This document shows, piece by piece, positions 9,278-18,354 of a stretch of DNA of 64,000 nt. The stretch lies in the NCBI GenBank assembly GCA_036574205.1, contig JAINCQ010000018.1, forward strand, positions 93,298 to 157,297, written 5' to 3'. The stretch is from Elusimicrobiota bacterium. Its GTDB lineage: Bacteria; Elusimicrobiota; Elusimicrobia; Elusimicrobiales; UBA9959. A program made the position numbers and the translations under genes. Below the pieces are notes generated by a model. The model was given only the letters and a program-made list of their open reading frames with translations, was not told the DNA's origin and did not search any database. The stretch's first letter is position 1. Every line of letters starts with the position of its first letter.

Positions 9278-10360
9278 TTACTTTCCATAATTCTGAGCTG
9301 TTCTAAGCACTGTCTTAACTGTTATAAGCGCAAATTCTTTGCCATATTCTTTTGTTACTGAAACACTCTCAACCTCAAGCCCATCACCAAAAAAATGTTT
9401 TACCCATTTAGAGGCTTCTGTGGTTGTGGCATATTTTATAAAACTATCTGCTGCAATTCCACTAAGAGTTTCTGATTTTATTATTGGAACTTTAAATACA
9501 AGCTTTGTTCCAGCAGCCAATGTTCCTTTTAAAATCATATTCTTAATGCTTATATTACATTGAAATGCTTCTTCAACTATTGGAAAGCCGCTTAAAACTA
9601 CAAATCCTGCTGGACCGCTTAATGCTATTATAGGTGAAAAATATTCAATATTTGAAAAAATTCCCTGTCCAACTGCATCTATTGCAGCATCAAGCTTAAA
9701 ACCTAACATATATGCTAAAGTTCCTCGCATCTTATACATATCTGCCCAGCTAAGGCGTATCTGTTCAAGAGGTTTTTCTGCCAATTTTTTTGTTATTTTT
9801 TCATTTACTATGCCTTCTGCTATGCTTTGAGCTCTTTTCCTTAAATCTTTCATTTCTTTCGCTATTATTTCATCTCTCTTATTAATCATCCTGGAATATA
9901 TACTTGATAAAGTGGATTTATTTGTTTCAATGGTACATCTTTGCGATTGGGGTATCTCAAAAGTTTTTTCTCTACATTTTCCTCCTAACTCATAGCATAC
10001 AAGATTTGGAGTATCTGGCGCTTTTATTTGAGTTGGTATATATTTTCTTGGAGCGCAGTCCTTTTTTAAATTTTCTTCATATATTTCTAAAAGTCCGTAA
10101 TCAGAAAATCCCATTGTCTGGCTGTTTGATATTCTAATCAGTTTTTCTGCAGCTTCACTTATAGAACAAAACCCTTTTTCGCTTTTATTTAATGCGGAAG
10201 ATTTAATTCCTTGAGATTTTTCCAGAGATGGAGATAATTTTTGAGTTAAAACAGAAGGATGACTTGAGTTTTCCTCCATAACAGTATTAAAATCAGATAA
10301 ATCATTTGCACTTACAGTTGTTGTGGTTAGGAAAAACAATATAAAAAATAATTTTTTCAT
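9278..10360 (-). CDS. secreted hypothetical protein (signal peptide, no recognisable family)
   Basis: N-terminal MKKLFFILFFLTTTTVSAND signal peptide. 360 aa with five Cys in the N-terminal half and a Gly/Ala-rich hydrophobic C-terminal half. No motif I can assign. Confidence 0.6.
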   Translation of the reverse strand: MKKLFFILFFLTTTTVSANDLSDFNTVMEENSSHPSVLTQKLSPSLEKSQGIKSSALNKSEKGFCSISEAAEKLIRISNSQTMGFSDYGLLEIYEENLKKDCAPRKYIPTQIKAPDTPNLVCYELGGKCREKTFEIPQSQRCTIETNKSTLSSIYSRMINKRDEIIAKEMKDLRKRAQSIAEGIVNEKITKKLAEKPLEQIRLSWADMYKMRGTLAYMLGFKLDAAIDAVGQGIFSNIEYFSPIIALSGPAGFVVLSGFPIVEEAFQCNISIKNMILKGTLAAGTKLVFKVPIIKSETLSGIAADSFIKYATTTEASKWVKHFFGDGLEVESVSVTKEYGKEFALITVKTVLRTAQNYGK

Positions 10361-10394
10361 AACTATATTATAGCATCATTGCTTGACTTGTCAA
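10361..10394 (-). promoter_or_regulatory. consensus sigma70-type promoter abutting the start codon (leaderless configuration)
   Basis: On the minus strand: TTGACA (10394-10389), 16 nt spacer, TATAAT (10372-10367), ATAGTT, then ATG at 10360. The -35 lies inside the inverted repeat TTGAC-AA-GTCAA. No SD. Confidence 0.55.
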
Positions 10395-10399
10395 GGGCC

Positions 10400-10510
10400 T
10401 GTAAGATACCTATACATCTGGGATTTTATGAATTCGAAATTGCTCATCTAAAAAATACTCCGTCAGCGTTTTTCCGATTCAATCATTTTGGCGTTTTTCA
10501 ATACCATAAC
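10400..10510. repeat. AT-rich intergenic repeat copy (same family as 14107-14194 and 353-451)
   Basis: TGTAAGATACCTATACAT...ATTGCTCATCTAAAAAA... aligns at roughly 75-80% with 14107-14165. The terminal block TTGGCGTTTTTCAATACCATAAC (10488-10510) is 23/23 identical to 14172-14194. Confidence 0.7.
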
Positions 10511-10584
10511 TTAGAAAAAGATAATAAATAAATTCAATTTTTTTAGATTAAAAATTAGTAAAATAAAGTTATAAGGATTTTGTT

Positions 10585-11751
10585 ATGAATATTGAATATC
10601 AGATTGAGTTAATAAAAAGAGGTATAGTTGAGATAGTTTCAGAAGAAGAGCTTATAGAAAAACTTAAAGAAAACAGGCCTCTTGTTGTTAAATTAGGGGT
10701 TGATCCTACAAGCCCTGATTTACATCTTGGACATAGTGTTGTTTTAAACAAACTAAGACAGTTTCAGGATCTTGGGCATAAAGCGGTATTGATAATCGGA
10801 GATTTTACATCTCAGGTTGGAGATCCAAGTGGGAGAGATTCAACAAGACCTATTCTGCCATATGAAAAAATAATGGAAAATGCTAAAACCTATAGCGAGC
10901 AGGCTTTTAAAATACTTGATAGAAATAAAACTGAGATAAGGTTTAATTCTGAATGGCTTAAAAATTTTGTTAGTTTCAATCAGAATAGCCTGAAATTCTT
11001 TGAAGTTGCTAAAAATATAACAATATCAAGACTTCTGGAAAGAGAAGATTTCAAAAATAGAATGAAGAATGAAGATCCAATTAGTTTGCTTGAAATTCTC
11101 TATCCAATTTTCCAGGGATATGATTCGGTAGCTGTAAAAGCGGATGTAGAGTTAGGTGGACAGGACCAGATATTTAATCTGCTTGTTGGAAGAGATTTAC
11201 AGAAGATGTATTCAATGAAACCTCAGATATGTATAACAGTTCCCTTGCTTGTAGGAACTGATGGTATTAAAAAAATGTCAAAATCTTATAAAAACTATAT
11301 AGCCTTTAATGATACTCCCGATGATATTTTTGGCAAGGTTATGTCTATAAATGATGAGTTAATGTATAAATATTATGAACTTTTGACAGATAAAAATATG
11401 GATGAGTTAAAAAAGATTCATCCTATGGAAGCTAAAAAAAATCTTGCTTTCTTAATGGTTGAACGATTTTATAACAAAGAAGAAGCTTTAAAAGCTAAAG
11501 AAAATTTTGAAAAGGTTTTTTCAAAAAAAGAAATCCCTGAAAATATTGATGAGTTTGTTTTATCTAAACCAATGAAAATTTCTGAAATATTAAAGGCATC
11601 TGGAATAGCTAAAAGCAATAATGAAGCAAGAAGATTTATAGAAAATGGCGCGGTAAAGATTGATGGCGAAAAAATTCTTGAGGATAAAATAATTAATGAA
11701 AAGAATATAGTTATTCAATGTGGTAAAAGACATTTCAGGAGGTTAATATAA
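10585..11751 (+). CDS. tyrS: tyrosine--tRNA ligase
   Basis: HIGH-type motif [25 protein letters not shown] (KKMSKSYKN), C-terminal S4-like domain ([15 protein letters not shown]). Confidence 0.95.
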   Translation: MNIEYQIELIKRGIVEIVSEEELIEKLKENRPLVVKLGVDPTSPDLHLGHSVVLNKLRQFQDLGHKAVLIIGDFTSQVGDPSGRDSTRPILPYEKIMENAKTYSEQAFKILDRNKTEIRFNSEWLKNFVSFNQNSLKFFEVAKNITISRLLEREDFKNRMKNEDPISLLEILYPIFQGYDSVAVKADVELGGQDQIFNLLVGRDLQKMYSMKPQICITVPLLVGTDGIKKMSKSYKNYIAFNDTPDDIFGKVMSINDELMYKYYELLTDKNMDELKKIHPMEAKKNLAFLMVERFYNKEEALKAKENFEKVFSKKEIPENIDEFVLSKPMKISEILKASGIAKSNNEARRFIENGAVKIDGEKILEDKIINEKNIVIQCGKRHFRRLI

Positions 11752-11752
11752 A

Positions 11753-12583
11753 ATGAATTTGATTATAATTCCTTTAATTTTTATACATAATTTTTTATTT
11801 TCACAATTGTATGCTCAGGACATAAGTCAATATAAGAAGATGATAGAAGAAGCATTAAAAGCTCAGGACTCATCTGGAGTCGATGTTGATATAAGGATTG
11901 AAAGAGTAACTGGGGATGTAAAGGTTGTTTCTCAAGATGGAGAAGAAATTTCGCTTACAGATTCATATCAATACCCGCTTGAAATAGGCGATATAATAAA
12001 AACTGGATATAATGGAGGAGCTAACATATATATAGATAATTTTGGGATAATAAGATTGGATAGAAATTCTGAATTTGAAGTATCCGATACATCAAACGAT
12101 ATGATATTTACCCTTAATTTTGGAGCAATAATATCAAAAATAGAAAAATTAGCTAAGAAGATGACTCTTAAAGTTAAAACACCTGCTGCGGTTTGTGGAA
12201 TAAGAGGAACTGAGTTTGCTATAGAGGTTTCAAAACTTGGCGGAGAAAGCTCTTTTGGAGTCTTTGATGAAGGAGAAATTCATGTCTATCCTGGTGAGGA
12301 GGAAAACGAACAACAGGTTTTAAAAGTGTTAAAAAATATGGAAGTGATGATAGATCCTAAGTCAAAAAGACAGAAAATAGTAAAAATTCAGAGAATGCTT
12401 AAATTTAAAAGATATATTATTGAATCTAAAAATAAACTCATCACTCATAAAAGAAACTGGAAAAAATTTGATCTAATGCAAAGACAAAAATATAGAGAAT
12501 TGCTTTTTAAACGTAAGACTTATCAGGAAAAAAACAGGATTAAATCTAATATTAAATCACAAAGAAAAAAAATTAAAAAATGA
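11753..12583 (+). CDS. FecR-domain secreted protein with highly basic C-terminus
   Basis: Signal-like N-terminus. GDVKVV...LEIGDIIKTGYNGGANIYIDNFGIIRLDRNSEFEV...RGTEFAIEV resembles the FecR fold. Lys/Arg-rich tail. Confidence 0.5.
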   Translation: MNLIIIPLIFIHNFLFSQLYAQDISQYKKMIEEALKAQDSSGVDVDIRIERVTGDVKVVSQDGEEISLTDSYQYPLEIGDIIKTGYNGGANIYIDNFGIIRLDRNSEFEVSDTSNDMIFTLNFGAIISKIEKLAKKMTLKVKTPAAVCGIRGTEFAIEVSKLGGESSFGVFDEGEIHVYPGEEENEQQVLKVLKNMEVMIDPKSKRQKIVKIQRMLKFKRYIIESKNKLITHKRNWKKFDLMQRQKYRELLFKRKTYQEKNRIKSNIKSQRKKIKK

Positions 12584-13137
12584 GAACATTTATAGCATCC
12601 CAGCCAGATAAAATTTTTATTGATAAAATAACTCAATTTGAAAAATATTTAAAGGTAAATAGAATTATTGATAAAATAAAAATAGCTTCTTCTCAAAACA
12701 TTCATCTCACTTATATTTTTTTGGGAGATATTGTTGACGAAAAAAATATAAATAATATAAAAAGTATCTTTTCTAATTTTAATAATTTACCTAAAATTAG
12801 GTTTTCAGCTAAAAAATTAGGCTTTTTCCCGTGTTTACAAAACCCGAGGGTAATCTGGGCGGATATTGATAAATCGGCTTTTAATGCTCTTATAGATATA
12901 TATAAAACTATCAAAAAAACTTTGACAGATATTGGGATTTATTCTAATGAGGAATTTGTTCCACATATAACGCTTGGAAGGGTTAAAAAAAAGATATTTG
13001 AAAAGGAAATTACCTGTCTTAAATCTTTTGAGTTTAACCAGATGGATGGAATTTTTGAAAATATCGCTCTTTTTTCAAGTGTCCTGACTCCCTCAGGTCC
13101 TATATATAACAAGTTATTTGAGGTTAAACTTATATGA
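12580..13137 (+). CDS. thpR: RNA 2',3'-cyclic phosphodiesterase (2H phosphoesterase, LigT/ThpR)
   Basis: Two HxT motifs (NIHLTYIFLGD and PHITLGRV) at the expected spacing. Confidence 0.8.
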   Translation: MRTFIASQPDKIFIDKITQFEKYLKVNRIIDKIKIASSQNIHLTYIFLGDIVDEKNINNIKSIFSNFNNLPKIRFSAKKLGFFPCLQNPRVIWADIDKSAFNALIDIYKTIKKTLTDIGIYSNEEFVPHITLGRVKKKIFEKEITCLKSFEFNQMDGIFENIALFSSVLTPSGPIYNKLFEVKLI

Positions 13138-14087
13138 AGAAGATAATTTTGACAATTATTGCTTTATTTTTAATTACTATTTTAATTTATTTTTTTATGC
13201 CAAGGGAAAGTGTTAAGGTTTTTATTCCTGAGGGCGCTAACGCTAATTCTATTGCAAAAATATTAAGATCTAATGGAGTAGTTATCTCCTCTTTTTATTT
13301 CAAAGCTCTTGTAAAACTCACAAAAACAGATAAAAGGATAAATCCTGGAGAATATGTTTTTATGAAATATAGTCCAGCTGAAATAGTCTTATATAGAATG
13401 TTAAACCAAAAATATTTAAACTCTATTAAAATTGTTATTCCTGAAGGGTGGCGCGCGGAACAGGTGAGTGAAAGACTTTTTAAAAATGGAGTTATAAAAA
13501 GCGAAAAGAGATTTATTGATATGGTAAAACAGCGGAAACTTGAAGGATATCTTTTCCCATCAACATATTTTTTTAACAAGAATATGAGCGAAGAAGAGGT
13601 TATAAATCTTTTTCTTTCTACATTTGATAAAAATATAAGACCATTGTTTTCAAAATATCAATTATCAAAAGAAGAAGAGTATAAAACTTTAATAATTGCT
13701 TCAATTGTTGAAAGAGAAGCTGTTTATGATGAAGAAAGGCCGCTTATAGCGGCGGTATATCTTAACAGACTTAAGAAAAAAATGCCACTTGAAGCAGATC
13801 CTACTGTTCAATATGCCCTTGGATACTGGAAAAAAAATCTTACCCATGATGACCTTCAAACTCCTTCGCCATATAATACCTATTATGTTAGTGGACTTCC
13901 CCCCACTCCTATATGTTCTCCAGGCGTTAAATCTGTTGAAGCAGTTTTAAACCCTGCTCAAATAGATGCTATTTATTTTGTAGCTGATAATACTGGCAAG
14001 CATACCTTTAATGTTAAATACGATGAACATATAAAAGCTAAAGAAAAAGCCAGGCGAGAAAGATTAATTGGCAATAAAAATAAATAA
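13134..14087 (+). CDS. mltG: endolytic murein transglycosylase MltG (YceG family)
   Basis: N-terminal TM segment. ASIVEREA, LEADPTVQYAL, SPYNTYYVSGLPPTPICSPG motifs. Confidence 0.9.
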   Translation: MKKIILTIIALFLITILIYFFMPRESVKVFIPEGANANSIAKILRSNGVVISSFYFKALVKLTKTDKRINPGEYVFMKYSPAEIVLYRMLNQKYLNSIKIVIPEGWRAEQVSERLFKNGVIKSEKRFIDMVKQRKLEGYLFPSTYFFNKNMSEEEVINLFLSTFDKNIRPLFSKYQLSKEEEYKTLIIASIVEREAVYDEERPLIAAVYLNRLKKKMPLEADPTVQYALGYWKKNLTHDDLQTPSPYNTYYVSGLPPTPICSPGVKSVEAVLNPAQIDAIYFVADNTGKHTFNVKYDEHIKAKEKARRERLIGNKNK

Positions 14088-14106
14088 TATTTTTCAATAA
14101 ATTAAT

Positions 14107-14540
14107 TGTAAGATATCTATATATGTTGGACTTTTTATGATTTTTAAATTGCTAATTTAAAAAACAATTTATTGGCGTTTTTCAATACCATAACATATAA
14201 TCCATAAGCCCTATCATTTACTCTATGTCATGAATATTACCTTTCGGGAAGGTTTAACTGTCATATACCCTCTCCTTTTTTGGAGAGGGTTGGGGTGAGG
14301 AGATTTAATTTTTCACCCTCATCCTTCACCTTCCCCCATCAAGGGGGAAGGAACAATTTGATCTTCCCGGAAGGTAAAAGATCTTCTTTTGTTGCACTAG
14401 CGTTTAAACTCGTGGTCAATTGATCACGGCACCTCATCGCTTGCGAACTTGCGCACGGTGGCTGTAGCAAAGCCAGAAGGAAAACATTGCCACGGATCGC
14501 CTCGTTCATACTGTATGAGTTAAGTAACCGATTGTGTTTT
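14107..14540. repeat. about 430-nt non-coding mosaic: AT-rich repeat copy plus a GC-rich structured block, next to tRNA-Ala
   Basis: 14107-14194 is the AT-rich repeat. Hairpins: ACCTTTCGGGAAGGT (about 14239-14253), CCCTCTCC-TTTTTT-GGAGAGGG (14268-14289), CCTTCCCCC-ATCAA-GGGGGAAGG (14328-14350), GATCTT..AAGATC (14360-14383). 18-bp palindrome CGTGGTCAATTGATCACG at 14411-14428. Confidence 0.7.
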
Positions 14541-14545
14541 TATTT

Positions 14546-14619
14546 TGGAGCCGACCGGGATTGAACCGGCAACCTCCTCGTTGCGAACGAGGCGCTCTCC
14601 CCAATTGAGCTACGGCCCC
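14546..14619 (-). tRNA. tRNA-Ala (anticodon CGC)
   Basis: Manual cloverleaf: acceptor GGGGCCG/CGGCUCC with the G3:U70 Ala identity pair, D arm GCUC/GAGC. Anticodon stem CCUCG/CGAGG with loop UUCGCAA. T arm GCCGG-UUCAAUC-CCGGU, discriminator A, CCA not encoded. Confidence 0.95.
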
Positions 14620-14714
14620 TTAAAAATCTCAGTTTTTATTCTGAGAGGTAGGTTTAAGTATTATTTTACTAAATTTTGTATAATTTTATATGAAATTGTC
14701 AATGGAGGAATGTT

Positions 14715-15257
14715 ATGCCGTTGGATTATTTTCCATTAAAGGAAAAAACAAGGTATGAATATGAGTTTAAAAGTAGCGAGTTTGACGGGATTGCGAAAGT
14801 CTATATAGATATTTTAAAAGTAAGTGTAAAGGGAAAGACTACAAGCGCTGATGCAAGAATGATATTTAATTTACGGGATGAACATATTAGTATGTTTAAA
14901 ATAAAAAAAGATGGAAAATGGGTCATTACAACTGATGGAATAGTAGTTGGTGGAAGAAAGGAATTTCCTTTAAAGCCGAAAGAGGGATTTAAATGGGATG
15001 AGTATCCAGATTCCAATGAAATAGTTTCAATGACAGATAAACTTTTAATAAAAGCCGGTAAATTTTCTAATTGTTTAAAGGTTTTAACTAAAATAGCGGG
15101 AGGAGATGCGGGAATGGCAACAAGATATTATGCTCCGGGGGTTGGTTATGTTATGGAGGTATATAACGCTGAAGATAAAAATTGTTTTGTTGAATTAGTT
15201 TCAGTTTCTAAATTAAAGGAAGAGGATATTGATATTAAAAAAAGGAAGAAAAGATGA
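14715..15257 (+). CDS. hypothetical protein, translationally coupled to asnS
   Basis: 180-aa ORF with GGAGGA SD and ATGA overlap with asnS. Lys-rich C-terminus. No recognisable motif. Confidence 0.55.
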   Translation: MPLDYFPLKEKTRYEYEFKSSEFDGIAKVYIDILKVSVKGKTTSADARMIFNLRDEHISMFKIKKDGKWVITTDGIVVGGRKEFPLKPKEGFKWDEYPDSNEIVSMTDKLLIKAGKFSNCLKVLTKIAGGDAGMATRYYAPGVGYVMEVYNAEDKNCFVELVSVSKLKEEDIDIKKRKKR

Positions 15258-16654
15258 AATCAAAAACAATAAAAGAATTTTTAAATTCTCCTTCCCCCAT
15301 AAATGATATAGTTGTTATGGGATGGATTAAAACAAGAAGAGACCTTAAAAACCAATCATTTGCAGAGCTAAATGATGGTTCTACCAGACAAAACCTTCAA
15401 CTTGTCATAGACAATTTAGATCCAAAGTTTAAGAATATTTTACCCTATATTGTTAATGGGGCTTCAGTTAAAGTTTTTGGTGATTTAGTAAACTCTCCGG
15501 CTAAAGGACAGAAATATGAATTAAAGGTAAAAGATCTTTTCATTTTTGGAAAATGCGATCAGGAATCTTATCCAATTCAAAAGAAAAAAACTTCTGATGA
15601 GTTTTTACGAACAGTGGCTCATTTAAGAGTTAGAACGAATAAGTATTCGGCAATGCTTAGGATACGCTCTGAATTAAGTTTTGCCATACACAAATATTTT
15701 AGGGATAATGGTTTTTTTTATGTTCATACTCCGATAATAACAGCTTCTGATTGTGAGGGCGCCGGACAGATGTTTTCTGTATCAGCTTTTGATATAGGAA
15801 ACCTTAAAAATTTACCTGTTGATAAGCAGGGAAATATCGATTTTTCCAGAGATCTTTTTGGAAGAAGGACGTATCTTACAGTATCAGGACAATTAGAAGG
15901 AGAAACATTAGCGCTTGGACTTGGCAAAATTTATACCTTTGGACCTACTTTTAGAGCAGAAAACTCAAATACTTATAGGCATGCAAGTGAATTCTGGATG
16001 GTAGAACCTGAGATGGCTTTTTATGATATTTATGATGATATGGAATTAGCTGAAGATTTTGTAAAGTCCATAACAAAAGATGTTCTTAAAAACTGTGAGC
16101 TGGATATAGATCTTTTTGCTAAATTTGTTGAACCAAATCTTATGAATAACTTAAAGAATGTTATTGAAACTAGCTACGAAAGGTTGACATATACAGATGC
16201 AGTTAAAATACTTGAAAAAGAAAACTCAAGATTTGAAAATAAAGTTAGTTGGGGGGTCGATTTAGCAAGCGAGCATGAAAGATTTTTGGTTGAACAATAT
16301 TTTAAAAAACCTGTTATAATTTATAACAAGCCTAAGAATGTTGCTGCTTTTTATATGAAATTAAATGATGATGGAAAAACGGTAAGAGGAATGGATTTGC
16401 TTGTCCCAAGAATTGGAGAGCTTATTGGTGGTAGTGAAAGGGAAGAAAGGCTTGATGTTCTGATAGAAAAAATGAAAGAATTTAAAATGAGTCTTGATTC
16501 ATACTGGTGGTATCTTGATTTAAGAAGATTTGGAACTGTTCCTCATAGCGGCTTTGGACTTGGTTTTGAAAGAATGATGATGCTTGTAACAGGAATAAGT
16601 AATATAAGGGATGTTTGCGCATATCCAAGAGTTCCGGGATATGCTGAATTTTAA
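15254..16654 (+). CDS. asnS: asparagine--tRNA ligase
   Basis: FRAENSNTYRHASEFWMVEPEMAF (AsnRS-specific class II motif 2 region) and GGSEREERLD...GFGLGFERM motif 3. Confidence 0.95.
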   Translation: MKSKTIKEFLNSPSPINDIVVMGWIKTRRDLKNQSFAELNDGSTRQNLQLVIDNLDPKFKNILPYIVNGASVKVFGDLVNSPAKGQKYELKVKDLFIFGKCDQESYPIQKKKTSDEFLRTVAHLRVRTNKYSAMLRIRSELSFAIHKYFRDNGFFYVHTPIITASDCEGAGQMFSVSAFDIGNLKNLPVDKQGNIDFSRDLFGRRTYLTVSGQLEGETLALGLGKIYTFGPTFRAENSNTYRHASEFWMVEPEMAFYDIYDDMELAEDFVKSITKDVLKNCELDIDLFAKFVEPNLMNNLKNVIETSYERLTYTDAVKILEKENSRFENKVSWGVDLASEHERFLVEQYFKKPVIIYNKPKNVAAFYMKLNDDGKTVRGMDLLVPRIGELIGGSEREERLDVLIEKMKEFKMSLDSYWWYLDLRRFGTVPHSGFGLGFERMMMLVTGISNIRDVCAYPRVPGYAEF

Positions 16655-16682
16655 AATAATAATTTTTAACTGGAGATAGATT

Positions 16683-17237
16683 ATGAATAGAGAAAAAGCA
16701 TTGTCATTATTAAAGCAATATGTAAAAAATGATAATTTAATTAAACATTGTTTAGCCGCAGAGTCAGTTATGAGAGAACTTGCTTTAAAATTAAATCAAG
16801 ATCCTCAAAAATGGGGTTTAGCTGGACTTTTACATGATATAGATGTAGAAGTTACTGGTGGAGATCTTAAAACTCATACACATAAAGCAGTTGAGATTTT
16901 AAAGGAAAATAATATCTCAGATGAAGTCATAGAATCTATAAAAATGCATAACTGCCATGCATGGGAGAAAAAATCTGAAGAAGTTTTTCATATAGCATTG
17001 CGTGCAGCAGAGACAATAACTGGTTTGATTGTTGCAACTGCTTTAGTTTATCCTGATAAAAAATTATCTTCTGTTAAGGTTGAATCTATTTTGAAAAGAT
17101 TTAAAGATAAAAGATTTGCTGCTGGAGCAGATAGAGAAACGATAAAAGAATGTGAAAAATTAGGATTCTCTCTAAATGATTTTGCAGCCATCTCTCTTTC
17201 AGCAATGCAAAAAATTGCGGGCGAGTTGGGATTATAA
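16683..17237 (+). CDS. HD/HDIG domain phosphohydrolase
   Basis: H...HD signature (IKHCLAAESVMRE...AGLLHDID), 184 aa. Confidence 0.7.
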   Translation: MNREKALSLLKQYVKNDNLIKHCLAAESVMRELALKLNQDPQKWGLAGLLHDIDVEVTGGDLKTHTHKAVEILKENNISDEVIESIKMHNCHAWEKKSEEVFHIALRAAETITGLIVATALVYPDKKLSSVKVESILKRFKDKRFAAGADRETIKECEKLGFSLNDFAAISLSAMQKIAGELGL

Positions 17238-17249
17238 TTAATAAAAAAT

Positions 17250-17275
17250 AAAGGGCTTCATTAGAAAAGCCCTTT
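17250..17275. terminator. bidirectional rho-independent terminator hairpin
   Basis: AAAGGGCTT-CATTAGA-AAAGCCCTTT stem-loop between convergent genes, with A-run upstream and T-rich sequence on the opposite strand. Confidence 0.6.
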
Positions 17276-17420
17276 CATTAAATTGAGGGATGCGCTTTAT
17301 CCCCTTTTATTTATTACCCTTACTGCTACTGTCGCCGTTATCACCTTGTCTATTTCTTATGATTTTTGCCAGAAGTTAATTAATTTAATTTTGTATTATG
17401 AATAAGAAAAATGGTTTTGT

Positions 17421-18281
17421 TTAAAATAACGTCAATATACTGCTTTCACCAGTTTTAATTGTATTTTCTATCCAGGTTTTTACCGCGCTTACTTTTGAAT
17501 ATACTCCATATTTCCCCTCTCTTGCGCATCCTTCTCCCCAGCTAACAACCCCAACAAGATATGCTTTAGATGAAGTTTTATATACCAGTGGCCCTCCACT
17601 GTCTCCCTGACATGAGTCTTTTCCACCGGTTGCATATCCTGCGCAAATCATTCTATCAGTTATTTGATTGGGGTATGCTTTTGAGCATGTTGTTTTAGAA
17701 ACTAATGGAAGAGTTACTTTTTGAAGAGTATTGGAAATATCTCCATCTTCTTTGGTTAATCCCCATCCTGCAACGGTTAAATTGGTTCCTTCTATTAGTT
17801 CCAGTGTTATTAAATCAATAGTTGGCGAAGTAGATTTAGCATTTAATTTAATCAAAGCATAATCATAATCCATAACATCAGAATTCCAGTTTGGATGCTT
17901 TATTATTTTTACTGGAGAAAACCTCTGTCCTATATCAGATAAATTTGTTATTCCAGTAACTATTGTGGTAGGCGTTATTCCATCTACGCAGTGAGCTGCT
18001 GTTAAAACCCAATCCGGAGCTATTAAAGACCCTCCGCAAAAGTGGCCGTAATAGTAATGCTGAAGGGAAACTATATATGGAAATTCTGAGTTTTGAGCGC
18101 TAACGCCTCCAACAATCTTTGAAATTTTATTTGTTTCTTCAATAAAAGAATTTGGTTGAGGGATCTCAACTTTTGGAATCTGAAGTTTTGTAGGATTGTC
18201 AAAATTTAAATCCTGCGATGTTAGTATTTGATAGTTTAAAATAGCCCAGATTATAAGTATTGTTTTCTTTATTTTTCTCAT
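17421..18281 (-). CDS. secreted trypsin-like serine protease (S1A, chymotrypsin fold)
   Basis: Signal peptide, then K|IVGG activation-type junction. His (LTAAHC), Asp (DYDYALIKL), Ser (GKDSCQGDSGGP) including the trypsin S1-pocket Asp. Confidence 0.9.
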   Translation of the reverse strand: MRKIKKTILIIWAILNYQILTSQDLNFDNPTKLQIPKVEIPQPNSFIEETNKISKIVGGVSAQNSEFPYIVSLQHYYYGHFCGGSLIAPDWVLTAAHCVDGITPTTIVTGITNLSDIGQRFSPVKIIKHPNWNSDVMDYDYALIKLNAKSTSPTIDLITLELIEGTNLTVAGWGLTKEDGDISNTLQKVTLPLVSKTTCSKAYPNQITDRMICAGYATGGKDSCQGDSGGPLVYKTSSKAYLVGVVSWGEGCAREGKYGVYSKVSAVKTWIENTIKTGESSILTLF

Positions 18282-18354
18282 AATTCCTCCATATTTATGT
18301 TTTAATTATTTATTTTATTTTTTCAAGTACAAAACGACTAAATCAATTTAGGCC

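Noticed and set aside
10395-10584. T-box leader upstream of tyrS
   Set aside because: No T-box sequence (AGGGUGGNACCGCG), no specifier/terminator-antiterminator architecture. The region is instead a copy of the AT-rich repeat.
476-14344. The 37-nt identical repeats as att sites of a 13.8-kb island integrated at tRNA-Ala
   Set aside because: The intervening genes (ptrB, ppdK, gmk, priA, tyrS, mltG) are core housekeeping with uniform composition. No integrase is present. The repeats are better explained as dispersed repeat modules.
14545-14739. 64-aa + strand ORF
   Set aside because: It is the antisense of tRNA-Ala (14546-14619) plus promoter DNA, so it is spurious.
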